From contig CACIRX010000001.1 of assembly GCA_902589175.1 (NCBI GenBank), positions 67,983 through 131,982 of the forward strand: a stretch of 64,000 nucleotides of DNA, written 5' to 3'. Below are positions 10,316 through 22,126 of this stretch, piece after piece. The position numbers and the translations under genes are program-made. The notes beneath the pieces were generated by a model. The model had not been told where the DNA came from. It made no database searches and saw nothing but the letters and a program-made list of their open reading frames with translations. Source of the DNA: an uncultured Pelagibacteraceae bacterium. Lineage in GTDB: Bacteria > Pseudomonadota > Alphaproteobacteria > Pelagibacterales > AG-422-B15. How positions within the stretch are numbered: position 1 is the stretch's first letter; every line of letters begins with the position of its first letter.

Positions 10316-11470
10316 TTATTTAGATGCATCAAGGTATTCAATAACCTTTCTATCCCATGCATAATTTTCATTAGCTCTTAACTTTCCTTCTGCTCCCATA
10401 CTTTCTCTCAGCTTTTTATTTTCAAGTAAGAGTAATATTTTTTCTGTGATCATTTTTTGATTACCAGCCTCACATATTATTCCTGTCTGATTATCTAAAA
10501 TTGCGTCGTTTACACCGCCGCTATCACTTCCAACAGATGCAATACCATGAAATGAAGCATCAATATAAGCCATGCCAAAACCCTCAACTGACTCTCCCAC
10601 AGTTGTCGGTGTCATAACAAATAAATCAGATTGTTTAAGAATTAATGATTTTTCTGGCTCAGTTATCCATCCAAGAAACACAACATTTTTCTCTAGATTC
10701 ATATTTTTAGTTATTTGTTTTATGTGTTCTAGATATGGACCTTTACCTGCTATCAAATATAATACCTTTGGAAATTTCTTTTTAATCTCAATTAATGAGT
10801 TTAAAATAAATATATGACCTTTTCTTTTTTCAACTCTAGCGAGAGTTGTTATAATTGGAGAATTTTTACCAATAATATTAGCCACATTTTTTTTATCTTC
10901 CTCTGTTATAAAATCATCATAAACATCAATGCCTGGATGTATGATTCTTATCAGTTTTGTATCTATTTTAAGAGAGGCTTGCATGAGATCTTTCGTGTAA
11001 GAGGAATTTGCTAAAATCTTGTGGACACCTTTGTAAGAATTTATAATTCTATTTTTCTTAAATCTCAATAAATCAAGCATTATAGTCCAATACTGTTTTG
11101 GAATTTCAGTACCATGTGCAAGTACTAAAATTTTTTTATTATATTTTTTCAAATATTCAATACTTTTCCAAGAGTCTGCATAGATTGCTTTTACGTTTTT
11201 ACTGCTGCATATTTTTTCTAAATATTTTGCTTTTGCCAATCTTCTGAGAGGTTTCCATCCTGTAAATCTTTTAATTTTATATTTTTGTTTATGATCAGTT
11301 TCATGAGTTTTGCCGTCAGCTAACACGAGAACTTCAACCCCACGCTTTGCCATAGCTTCTGCCATTCCAGTCATTAAAGATTCAATACCTCCAATTTTTG
11401 GTGCGAAGCATTGGGTTGTGATGATGATCACTTGAATTTCTTTATTCTTTCCACTTAATTGAACATCCAA
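10316..11470 (-). CDS. Glycosyltransferase family 4 (group 1)
   Basis: GT-B fold C-terminal 'E.FG....EA...G.P.V' type motif ('ESVEGFGMAYIDASFHGIASVGSDSGG'). A GTG at 11431 would remove the 29-nt overlap with the upstream gene. Confidence 0.8.
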   Translation of the reverse strand: MDVQLSGKNKEIQVIIITTQCFAPKIGGIESLMTGMAEAMAKRGVEVLVLADGKTHETDHKQKYKIKRFTGWKPLRRLAKAKYLEKICSSKNVKAIYADSWKSIEYLKKYNKKILVLAHGTEIPKQYWTIMLDLLRFKKNRIINSYKGVHKILANSSYTKDLMQASLKIDTKLIRIIHPGIDVYDDFITEEDKKNVANIIGKNSPIITTLARVEKRKGHIFILNSLIEIKKKFPKVLYLIAGKGPYLEHIKQITKNMNLEKNVVFLGWITEPEKSLILKQSDLFVMTPTTVGESVEGFGMAYIDASFHGIASVGSDSGGVNDAILDNQTGIICEAGNQKMITEKILLLLENKKLRESMGAEGKLRANENYAWDRKVIEYLDASK

Positions 11471-12002
11471 TACTTGGTATTTGGTCCTTTGGACCTGACC
11501 CCGTTTCTGAAACTTGCATCATTGCTTCTAAAAGTTCTTTTCTGGCATTTGGAATTATTTCCATTTTAGACTCTTCAAGTCTGCCTCTGTATTGAAGTTC
11601 ATTATTTCCATTAAAACCAAAAAAATCAGGAGTGCACACAGCATTATATTTCCGTCCGACATATTGGGTCTCGTCATAGACGTAAGGAAACACAAAATTA
11701 TTCTTCTCAGAAAATAACTTCATATTATCAAATGAATCTTCTTCACCATATTTTGGATCATTTACATCATTAGACATTATTGCGATTACACCTATACCTT
11801 TTTCTTTCAATATAGTTGTATCTTCAACAATTCGATGTATCACTGATTTCACGTATGGACAGTGATTACATATGAACATTACCAGCGTTCCATTAATACC
11901 TTTAATATCATCAAATGAATAGTATTTGTTATCGATGCCAATAAGATTAAAATCTGGAGCTTTCCATCCAAAATCACAGATCGGTGTTTCTAATGCAACC
12001 AT
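11442..12002 (-). CDS. Thioredoxin-fold redoxin (AhpC/TSA-like thiol-disulfide oxidoreductase)
   Basis: 'FICNHCPYV' CxxC motif in a redoxin context. The internal ATG (MVALETP...) is preferred over the track start at 12038. Confidence 0.7.
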   Translation of the reverse strand: MVALETPICDFGWKAPDFNLIGIDNKYYSFDDIKGINGTLVMFICNHCPYVKSVIHRIVEDTTILKEKGIGVIAIMSNDVNDPKYGEEDSFDNMKLFSEKNNFVFPYVYDETQYVGRKYNAVCTPDFFGFNGNNELQYRGRLEESKMEIIPNARKELLEAMMQVSETGSGPKDQIPSIGCSIKWKE

Positions 12003-12071
12003 AATTTTCTTTCTATTGTTTAAATATCTAATTATCATTACTATATTTCTTACTTAACTAAATAACAAGAT

Positions 12072-12602
12072 ATGATCTATTCACTCGGAGATAAAAAAAT
12101 AAATCCAGATAATTCAGACTTCTGGGTCGCACCAAGTGCTTCTGTGATCGGAAATATTACACTGAAAAAAAATGCAAGTGTATGGTTTGGAGCTGTTTTA
12201 AGGGGTGACAATGATCCAATAATTGTTGGTGAAAATTCAAATATTCAAGATAATTCTGTTTGTCATACGGATGATGGGATGCCATTAGTGATAGGGGATA
12301 ATGTTACAGTAGGGCATAAAGTTATATTACATAGTTGTTCAGTTGGAAATAATTCTCTTATAGGAATGGGCTCAACAGTTTTAAATAAGTCAAAAATAGG
12401 GAATAATTGTTTGGTAGGCGCCAATACTCTAATAACCGAGGGCAAAGAATTTCCTGACAATAGCCTGATAGTGGGATCCCCTGGAACTGTTAAAAGAGAA
12501 TTGACAGATATGGAAAAAAAGATAATTGAACTTAGTGCTTTTCACTATGTTGAAAATATGAAAAAATTTAGAGATAATTTAAAAGAAGAAAATATTGAAT
12601 GA
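12072..12602 (+). CDS. Gamma-carbonic-anhydrase-like / hexapeptide-repeat (PaaY/YrdA family) protein
   Basis: Left-handed beta-helix hexapeptide repeats. 'VWFGAVLRGDNDPIIVGENSNIQDNSVCH' is typical of the gamma-CA family. Confidence 0.8.
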   Translation: MIYSLGDKKINPDNSDFWVAPSASVIGNITLKKNASVWFGAVLRGDNDPIIVGENSNIQDNSVCHTDDGMPLVIGDNVTVGHKVILHSCSVGNNSLIGMGSTVLNKSKIGNNCLVGANTLITEGKEFPDNSLIVGSPGTVKRELTDMEKKIIELSAFHYVENMKKFRDNLKEENIE

Positions 12603-14260
12603 ATACTTTTGATTACATAATTGCAGGAGCTGGTTCAGCCGGTTGCGTTTTAGCGAATAGGCTCTCCAAAGATCCTGATATAAAAGTTCTTCTAATCGAG
12701 GCAGGTGGAACTACATGGCATCCTTTTGTTAAAATGCCAGCAGGTGTACTTGAATTAATTTCTGGCGAAGGTGCAGGTAAATTTTATAATTATGGCTATT
12801 GGACTGAGGGTCAACCACATTTAAATAATAGAAAACTTTTCTTCCCTCGAGGCAAGGGCTTGGGTGGTTCAAGCAATATTAATGGAATGCTTTATGTAAG
12901 AGGTCACTCACGTGATTATGATATTTGGAGACAGCTCGGCAATGAAGGATGGTCTTATGAGGAAGTGTTGCCTTATTTTAAAAGAGCTGAAAAAAATGAA
13001 AACGGTTCATCGGAATTTCATGGAAGTGATGGAGAGTTAAGTGTTCAAAATCCGGTGTTTACAAATAATCCTTTACATCGATGTTTTTTAAATGCTGGCA
13101 AAGAGGCTGGCTATAAATACATTGAAGACATCAATCAATACGATAATGAAGGTTTTGGACCATGTCCTCAAACGATTTCAAAAGGCTATAGAGCAAGTAC
13201 AAGTTTCTCATTTTTAAATCCTATTAAAGACAGAAAAAATTTAACGATTGCAACAAATTCAATAACCAATAAACTTTTATTCGAGGGAACAAAATGCATT
13301 GGGCTTGAGTATTTAAAAGGAAAAGAAGTTATAAAAGCATACGCTGATAGGGAAGTAATTGTTTGTGGAGGTGCTATTAACTCACCTCAGATATTGCAAC
13401 TTTCAGGAATAGGTAAAGGAGATTACATAAAAAAATGGGGATTAAAAGTTGTTGCTGATCTTCCCGGAGTAGGTGAAAATTTACAAGACCATTTAGATGT
13501 ATTATCTCACTACGAGTGTACACAGCCGGTAACGGAAGCAAAATATACAGCGGGTGGACTTGCAGTATTTAGAATGGCAGCAATCTTAGCCCAATGGATG
13601 ATAACTAAAAAAGGTCCAGGTAATGACATTGGTTTGTCAGGAGTATCATTTTTAAAGACAGATGACACACTGGACCTTCCAGATATTCAAATGCACTTTA
13701 TTGGATCACTTTTAAAAGACCATGGGAAGACAAGACCTGACTCACATGCTTTTAGTAATCACGTGTGTATGCTTAGACCTGAAAGTAGGGGCTACATTGC
13801 TTTAAAATCTCTTGATCCTTCAGTGCCTCCGATTATACAGCCAAATTATTTTGCAACTCAAAAAGATCGAGACACACTCATCAAGGGAGTAAAAATGTCT
13901 CGAGAAATTATGAATCAGTCTGCTTTTGATGAATACCGAGGTAAAGAGATGACCCCTGGTGTTCATGTTCAAACAGATGCTGAAATAGAGGAATTTATCA
14001 GAAATGCCGCTGAAACAATTTATCATCCAGTTGGTACCTGTAAAATGGGCAGTGATGAATTTGCAGTTGTAGATGATAAATTAAGAGTTAGAGGAGTAGA
14101 AAATTTAAGAGTCATCGACGCGTCTGTAATGCCAACTCTAATAGGTGGAAATACGAACGCGCCAACAATTATGATAGCTGATAAAATTTCTGATCATATT
14201 CTTGGCAATGAATTCCTTCCACCACAGCATGTGAGCTACAAAGATAAAAACGCTGCATAA
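12599..14260 (+). CDS. GMC-family FAD oxidoreductase (choline/alcohol dehydrogenase-like)
   Basis: 'DYIIAGAGSAGCVLANRLS' FAD motif, GMC signatures ('GGSSNINGMLYVRG', 'HPVGTCKMG'). ATGA overlap with the upstream gene. Confidence 0.85.
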   Translation: MNTFDYIIAGAGSAGCVLANRLSKDPDIKVLLIEAGGTTWHPFVKMPAGVLELISGEGAGKFYNYGYWTEGQPHLNNRKLFFPRGKGLGGSSNINGMLYVRGHSRDYDIWRQLGNEGWSYEEVLPYFKRAEKNENGSSEFHGSDGELSVQNPVFTNNPLHRCFLNAGKEAGYKYIEDINQYDNEGFGPCPQTISKGYRASTSFSFLNPIKDRKNLTIATNSITNKLLFEGTKCIGLEYLKGKEVIKAYADREVIVCGGAINSPQILQLSGIGKGDYIKKWGLKVVADLPGVGENLQDHLDVLSHYECTQPVTEAKYTAGGLAVFRMAAILAQWMITKKGPGNDIGLSGVSFLKTDDTLDLPDIQMHFIGSLLKDHGKTRPDSHAFSNHVCMLRPESRGYIALKSLDPSVPPIIQPNYFATQKDRDTLIKGVKMSREIMNQSAFDEYRGKEMTPGVHVQTDAEIEEFIRNAAETIYHPVGTCKMGSDEFAVVDDKLRVRGVENLRVIDASVMPTLIGGNTNAPTIMIADKISDHILGNEFLPPQHVSYKDKNAA

Positions 14261-14262
14261 TT

Positions 14263-16440
14263 TTGAATAAATTTTTATTTTCAATTCTTGGAATAGCTCT
14301 TATTTTTGTTTCAACACTTATATTGGTTAATCAATATAATACTAGAAATTTTGCACAAACTAGTTTTTTAGAAATAGAAAAAAAATACTCTTACAAGATT
14401 GAACGAGATCAGTTTGGAGTACCACATGTATATGGAGATACTGATAAAGATGCAGCATTCGGATTTGCTTATGCACAAGCAGAGGATGATTTAAAACATG
14501 TAGAGATGATGATTAAAATGTCTCGTGGTGAGCTTTCAAGTTTAAATTTTAATTCGAAAACAATCGCAGCTATTTATTCACTCATTACTGGTGATGGAGA
14601 CATAATGGAAAACCTAGATGCAATTGAAGGAGTAGAATTAGATTTTTTATTTAAATTTTTTAATGTTCAGGACACTGTAAATAAAAAAATCTCAGAAATT
14701 CCTGAAGAAACAATTAATTATATAAAAGGTTATGCAGATGGACTTAATTATTATGCTGCAAAAAATCCAAACTTAGTCGATCAATCTTTATATCCAGCTA
14801 CTGCATACGATTTGGTTGCAGGGATGACATTTAGGATGCCGTTATTTTATGGTATTGATCATTCAATTGCTGAACTCATCAATTTAATGGATGATCAAGA
14901 AGAGAAAGTTACAATGAACATGAACGCTCTATCCGATAATCCAATAGTCGCAAGCATAAATACTTACTTTAAACCATCAGGTTCAAACGCATTTGCTGTT
15001 TCCAAAAGTAGATCACAAGACAATGAGACAATGCTTGTCATTAATTCACACCAGCCATTAACGGGTCCAGTTGCTTGGTATGAAATTCATATAAAAAGTG
15101 GAGAGGGCTTAAATATTATGGGTGGTACTTTTCCTGGGTCACCATTTGTACATGTTGGCTTTAATGAAAATCTCGGGTGGGGAGCTACAGTTAATCAGCC
15201 AGATTTATCGGATATTTATGAATTAAAACTTAACCCAGAGAATAATGATCAGTATGAACTAGATGGTGTATGGGTCAATTTCACCGAAACGGACCAAGAA
15301 TTTAAAGTTAAACTGTTTGGTCCTTTCAGTATTACATATCCTATACAAATGTACCATTCAGCACATGGGCCTGTTCTGAAAGATGACAATAAAGCCTATG
15401 CCCTTAGGTTTGTAGGAATGAATGATGTCAATCACTCAACTGCATGGCTCAAAATGAATAAATCAAAAAATATTGATGAATGGCTTGATGCCTTAAGAAT
15501 GGAACAGCTAGCTAGTTTAAATTTAGTTTACGCCGATAAAGAAGATAATATCTTTTTTGTTCATAATGTTAAATCGCCAGTAAGAGACCCGAACTACAAT
15601 TGGATGCAAGTGGTACCCGGAAATAAGAGTGATTTAATTTGGAATAATTTTCATCCTTTTGAAAGTGTGCCTCAGATCTTAAACCCAAGCTCTGGATATA
15701 TATTTAGTACTAATCAAAATCCTTTTTTTGTTACAGCTAAGGTAGATAACTTATCTTTATCTAACTTTAATCCAACTATGGGTTTTCAAACACGAACAAC
15801 GAATAGGGCATATAGAGCTTACGAACTTCTTGATCCTGATAAATCAATATCATTTGGTGAACTTGATAAATACAAACACGATAATAAGTTTTCTTACAAT
15901 TCAAGACAATACAAGTTTATGAAAGAAATTTTCAATCATGAATTTTCAGAAAATAAATTAAAAAATGCTCAAGAATTTTTGAGAGATTGGGATCTAGGAA
16001 CTGATTCTGATAATTTACATGCTGCTTTTGGAGTTTGTATCTTGTCTCCTGAATGGTTGGCAGAAATAACAAGAAAGCCACGCCCAGATCCAATCGACAT
16101 CTTCATTAATTGTGTTGATGAGTTTGAGAAAAACTTTGGGACATTAAGTGTAAAATGGAGTGATGTTAATTTCTTGGAGAGAGGATCAAATCTAGTGCAC
16201 ATTCAAGGAGGGCCCGATGTTTTAAGGGCAATTTACGCCCCGCGAAGCAATGATGGTATACTCAAAGCTGTTGCTGGAGACGGCCTTTATATCTATGTAA
16301 AATGGGATGAAAATAAAGAACAGGTATCAAAAAGCATTCACCAATTTGGAAGCGCTACAATGAACATGGGTTCCCCGCACTATGATGATCAAATTAATTT
16401 ATTTGCAAGTGAAAAGCTCAAAGATACATTCTTTAATTGA
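14263..16440 (+). CDS. Penicillin-acylase-family (S45) Ntn-hydrolase with an N-terminal membrane anchor or signal
   Basis: TTG start 2 nt after the upstream stop. Hydrophobic N-terminus. 'IERDQFGVPHVYGDTDKDAAFGFAYAQAEDDL' alpha-subunit motif. Putative autoprocessing site G|SNAFAV, with nucleophile Ser241 at codon 14983-14985. Confidence 0.85.
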   Translation: MNKFLFSILGIALIFVSTLILVNQYNTRNFAQTSFLEIEKKYSYKIERDQFGVPHVYGDTDKDAAFGFAYAQAEDDLKHVEMMIKMSRGELSSLNFNSKTIAAIYSLITGDGDIMENLDAIEGVELDFLFKFFNVQDTVNKKISEIPEETINYIKGYADGLNYYAAKNPNLVDQSLYPATAYDLVAGMTFRMPLFYGIDHSIAELINLMDDQEEKVTMNMNALSDNPIVASINTYFKPSGSNAFAVSKSRSQDNETMLVINSHQPLTGPVAWYEIHIKSGEGLNIMGGTFPGSPFVHVGFNENLGWGATVNQPDLSDIYELKLNPENNDQYELDGVWVNFTETDQEFKVKLFGPFSITYPIQMYHSAHGPVLKDDNKAYALRFVGMNDVNHSTAWLKMNKSKNIDEWLDALRMEQLASLNLVYADKEDNIFFVHNVKSPVRDPNYNWMQVVPGNKSDLIWNNFHPFESVPQILNPSSGYIFSTNQNPFFVTAKVDNLSLSNFNPTMGFQTRTTNRAYRAYELLDPDKSISFGELDKYKHDNKFSYNSRQYKFMKEIFNHEFSENKLKNAQEFLRDWDLGTDSDNLHAAFGVCILSPEWLAEITRKPRPDPIDIFINCVDEFEKNFGTLSVKWSDVNFLERGSNLVHIQGGPDVLRAIYAPRSNDGILKAVAGDGLYIYVKWDENKEQVSKSIHQFGSATMNMGSPHYDDQINLFASEKLKDTFFN

Positions 16441-16476
16441 GCTTGTAGAAAAAAAATAATTATATAAAATTTTCTC

Positions 16477-18042
16477 ATGTTGTTACACGAGCATTTAGAA
16501 AATGGAGCAGATAAAAATCCTAATTTCCCCTTTTCTGAATTTGAAGGAAATTCGCTTTCTTATCAAGAAGCAAATTTATTAAGCAATCAATTGGCTAACA
16601 AACTTGTTTCTGAGGGTTTAGAAGTTGGAGATAGATTTGCATTTCTTGCAAAAAATTGTACTGAAATGGCAATTATGTATTACGCAGCGTCAAAAGTTGG
16701 TGCTGTACCTGTTCCACTGAATTATCGTTTAGCGGACCAAGAGTGGGCATACATAATAAATGACTCTGAAGCCAAACTTATAATAGTCAAAGGTAATGAA
16801 TATTCGGATAGAATAAATCAGATTTCATCAGAGTTAAAAAATGTAAAAAAATATATTTCTATATCGCTTGATAATAGCATCGAAAAATTTCAGGATTTTT
16901 ATGATTGGCTTTCAGATAGTTCGAATGAAAAACCAACTTTAAAAATCCATGAAAATGATGATGTATATCAAATGTACACAAGTGGTACTACAGGTCATCC
17001 AAAAGGCGCCGTTCTTTTACAGAGAAATGTTGCTGCTAATATTAGACAGTATTTAAATAGTTTAACTTTACCAAGGCCTTCAAGAACTCTTTTGGTGGCT
17101 CCAATGTATCATGCCGCTGCAATGATTAATATGTGTGGATGCATTGCAATAGGTGGAACTATTGTTATTCAAGAGGATTTTATTCCGCAAGATGTAGTAG
17201 ACTGCCTAGCAAATGAAAAAATTACGCATACAGTATTAGTTCCTGCGATGATTCAAGCATGCTTAGTATCAGTGCCAAATGTTGCAAACAATGAATACAA
17301 TGATTTAGATCAGATTCATTATGGAGCCTCACCGATCGCCCCGGAAACACTCAAAAAAGCAATGGACGTTTTTAAGTGTAAATTTGGACAAGGTTTTGGA
17401 ATGACAGAAACGGTAGCTGTTATTTGTTTAATGACCCCAGAAGAACATATTCGTGCACTCAATGAAAAACCCGAGCTATTAAAATCATGTGGAAGACCTG
17501 CAATTGATACACAAGTTGAAATTAGAGATGAAAATGATAACCCTCTTCCCATTGGAGAAATAGGTCAGATCTGCGCAAAGGGACCTCAAATCATGAAAGG
17601 TTATTGGAATAAAAAAGAGGAGAGTGAGAAAGCGCTTAAAGGTGGGTGGATGCATACAGGTGATGCAGGTCGAATGGATGAAGAAGGATTTGTATTTATA
17701 CAAGATAGAATAAAAGACATGATTGTGTCTGGAGGTGAGAACATTTACTCAACTGAAGTTGAAGCAGCTTTATTTGCACATCCTGATGTTGTTGATGCCG
17801 CGGTTATTGGTGTTCCGGACGAAAAATATGGTGAGGTAGTTAAAGCTTGTATTGTGAAAAAGGAAGGGTCAAATATAACTGAGGATGATTTGATAAGCTT
17901 TTGTAAAGACAGAATTGCAAGCTATAAAAAACCCCAATCAGTAGACTTTATCGATGAAGTTCCAAGAAATGCTAGTGGAAAAGTTTTAAAAAAAGTATTG
18001 AGAGAACCGTATTGGAAGAATCAAGAAAGACAAGTAAGCTAA
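16477..18042 (+). CDS. AMP-dependent acyl-CoA synthetase/ligase (FadD-like)
   Basis: AMP-binding signature 'YTSGTTGHPKG', 'GYWN', 'TGD', C-terminal 'SGKVLKK'. Confidence 0.85.
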   Translation: MLLHEHLENGADKNPNFPFSEFEGNSLSYQEANLLSNQLANKLVSEGLEVGDRFAFLAKNCTEMAIMYYAASKVGAVPVPLNYRLADQEWAYIINDSEAKLIIVKGNEYSDRINQISSELKNVKKYISISLDNSIEKFQDFYDWLSDSSNEKPTLKIHENDDVYQMYTSGTTGHPKGAVLLQRNVAANIRQYLNSLTLPRPSRTLLVAPMYHAAAMINMCGCIAIGGTIVIQEDFIPQDVVDCLANEKITHTVLVPAMIQACLVSVPNVANNEYNDLDQIHYGASPIAPETLKKAMDVFKCKFGQGFGMTETVAVICLMTPEEHIRALNEKPELLKSCGRPAIDTQVEIRDENDNPLPIGEIGQICAKGPQIMKGYWNKKEESEKALKGGWMHTGDAGRMDEEGFVFIQDRIKDMIVSGGENIYSTEVEAALFAHPDVVDAAVIGVPDEKYGEVVKACIVKKEGSNITEDDLISFCKDRIASYKKPQSVDFIDEVPRNASGKVLKKVLREPYWKNQERQVS

Positions 18043-19487
18043 GCTGTAGCCGTACCTCCAACAGTAAGATTCTCTATCAACATCGTAGGCTGACCTACTC
18101 CAACAGGAACACTTTGTCCATCTTTACCGCACGTTCCAATTCCTGTATCCATTTTTGAGTCGTTACCAACCATCTTAACTCTTTTTAAAACATCAGGACC
18201 GTTACCAATAAGAGTCGCACCTTTTACAGGGTTTGTAACTTTGCCATTTTCTATTTTGTAAGCTTCAGTGCAAGTAAATACAAACTTGCCACTTGTTATG
18301 TCAACCTGGCCACCGCCGAAATCAACTGCGTATAGTCCATTTTTAACTGATTTCAAAATTTCTTCCGGATGGCGATTACCCGATAACATATATGTATTTG
18401 TCATACGAGGCATGGGTAAGTGAGCATAACTCTCTCTTCTACCATTCCCTGTAGGATTAACGCCCATCAGTTTTGAGTTTAGTCTGTCCTGCATGTATCC
18501 AGTTAAAATTCCATTTTCTATTAACGTTGTACAATTAGTTGGTGTGCCCTCATCATCAACGCTCAAAGATCCTCGACGAGAGTCAATTGTTCCATCGTCA
18601 ACAACTGTCACTGACTCGTCAGCAATTTTTTCTCCCATGAGGTTAGAGAATGCGGAAGTTTTTTTCCTATTAAAATCACCCTCAAGCCCATGTCCAATTG
18701 CTTCATGTAGCAGTACACCCGGGTAACCTGGTCCAAGAACTACATCCATTTCACCTGCAGGCGTGTCGACAGAAGTTAGATTTATTTCAGCCTGATTGAT
18801 TGCTTCATCCACTTGATTTTGCCAATGCGAGGAATTCAAGAAAGTTGAGTAATCTACTCTACCACCTGAACCTCTGCTGCCATTTTCCTGCCGTCCATCC
18901 TTTTCTAAAACGATTGATATATAAAGTCTCACTAAAGGGCGAAGATCTTCAATCATAATTCCACCAGGTCTGTAAATTCTCACGGCCTGCCATTCACCGT
19001 TTAGTGAGGCCGAAACTTGCTTAACGTTTGGATTTTTTGATCTCGCGTATTCATCAATTTTTTTTAGAGTTTCTACTTTTTCTGAGAATTCATTTTCATT
19101 AATTGGATTGATCTCATTATAAAGTTTTCGGTTGGTTTTTGAAAAATTAGCGTTGAAATTTGCATTATGATCTTTTGTAATAAAATTTACTGTTTCACTG
19201 GCTTTTTTTAGAGCATTTTCATCAATATCGGATGAATGAGCGTATCCTGAACTTTCGCCGGCTATAGCTCTTAATCCAAAACCCTTTGATGTATCAAATG
19301 ATGCACTCTTTAGCCTTTGATCATCGTAAACAAAGCTCTCACTTTCACAGAATTCCATGAATAGTTCTCCATCGTCTGCTTTGTGTAAAGCATCTGATAC
19401 AACTTTATCAACTTTTGAGTTATCTAAATTGCTTCTAGTGAAAAAGAGGCTGTCATTGGACTGATTCTCTATTTTTTTGTTAATCAT
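18039..19487 (-). CDS. tldD: Metalloprotease TldD
   Basis: 'HEAIGHGLEGD' zinc motif; full-length similarity to the TldD/PmbA family. Confidence 0.9.
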   Translation of the reverse strand: MINKKIENQSNDSLFFTRSNLDNSKVDKVVSDALHKADDGELFMEFCESESFVYDDQRLKSASFDTSKGFGLRAIAGESSGYAHSSDIDENALKKASETVNFITKDHNANFNANFSKTNRKLYNEINPINENEFSEKVETLKKIDEYARSKNPNVKQVSASLNGEWQAVRIYRPGGIMIEDLRPLVRLYISIVLEKDGRQENGSRGSGGRVDYSTFLNSSHWQNQVDEAINQAEINLTSVDTPAGEMDVVLGPGYPGVLLHEAIGHGLEGDFNRKKTSAFSNLMGEKIADESVTVVDDGTIDSRRGSLSVDDEGTPTNCTTLIENGILTGYMQDRLNSKLMGVNPTGNGRRESYAHLPMPRMTNTYMLSGNRHPEEILKSVKNGLYAVDFGGGQVDITSGKFVFTCTEAYKIENGKVTNPVKGATLIGNGPDVLKRVKMVGNDSKMDTGIGTCGKDGQSVPVGVGQPTMLIENLTVGGTATA

Positions 19488-19650
19488 TTCGAATTGTTCT
19501 GAATAAAAGATATTGTTTTAAAATATATTAAAAAAACCCTAAAAACTAGCAAAAATTGCGTCAAACTGTCGCGAAATAATGAGTAGTTTAATGCAAATTA
19601 AGCAGTATATATTACGTAATAGCTCAAAACATTAAATCAATAATTTCTCT

Positions 19651-20478
19651 ATGAAAAATACTATTAAAATATTATTTTTTCTTCTTATACCCTCTTTTTC
19701 TTTAGCAAATGAAGGCATTTCTGAAAATTGGCAGCTAAGTTTTCAACAGCCTGCAACTGACTTAATGTCTGACATTATATCATTTCATAGTTATATTTTA
19801 ATGCCTATCATTACAGGTATATCACTTTTAGTACTTGGTCTTCTGCTATATATCATGTTCAGATTTAATAGCAGCCGTAATCATATTGCTTCCACGACAA
19901 CACATAACACAACAATTGAAATATTGTGGACTGTAATTCCAGTAATATTGTTAATTATTATCGCTATTCCTTCTTTCAGATTACTTTACGTTTCTGAAAC
20001 AATACCGAAGGCAGATATAACAATTAAGGCTATTGGCAATCAATGGTATTGGACTTACGAGTACCCTGATTTCGATGATATCTCTTTTGATGCTAACATG
20101 CTTGCTGATCATGAGCTATCAGATCCAAAGCTAAGATTGTTAGAGACTGATACTCAAATTGTTGTACCAGTAGATAAAGTGGTCAAGCTTCAGTTAACTT
20201 CAGCAGATGTGCTGCACGCTTGGACAATTCCAGCATTTGGTGTCAAGATGGATGCTGTACCAGGAAGATTAAATGAAACATGGTTTAAGGCTAATAAAGA
20301 AGGAATTTATTATGGCCAATGCTCAGAGCTTTGTGGTCCAAAACATGCATTTATGCCCATTAATGTAAAAGTCGTCTCAAACAAAGAGTTTGAAGAGTGG
20401 ATCGAATTTGCTAAATCTGAGTATGCATCCCTAGAGATTAATTACAGTGACGATACATTTGAAATAGCTAAAAAATAA
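19651..20478 (+). CDS. coxB: Cytochrome c oxidase (aa3) subunit II
   Basis: Two N-terminal TM helices and CuA site 'H...CSELCGPKHAFM'. Confidence 0.95.
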   Translation: MKNTIKILFFLLIPSFSLANEGISENWQLSFQQPATDLMSDIISFHSYILMPIITGISLLVLGLLLYIMFRFNSSRNHIASTTTHNTTIEILWTVIPVILLIIIAIPSFRLLYVSETIPKADITIKAIGNQWYWTYEYPDFDDISFDANMLADHELSDPKLRLLETDTQIVVPVDKVVKLQLTSADVLHAWTIPAFGVKMDAVPGRLNETWFKANKEGIYYGQCSELCGPKHAFMPINVKVVSNKEFEEWIEFAKSEYASLEINYSDDTFEIAKK

Positions 20479-20507
20479 AATATTTTATTCAGAGGAGAAA
20501 CATATAA

Positions 20508-22118
<1,611 letters not shown>

Positions 22119-22126
22119 AAATTACA

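Noticed and set aside
19556-19575. TTGCGTCAAACTGTCGCGAA upstream of coxB as an FNR/FixK-like or other palindromic operator.
   Set aside because: On checking, the two halves are not reverse complements (TTGCG versus CGCGA), and there is no match to TTGAT-N4-ATCAA.
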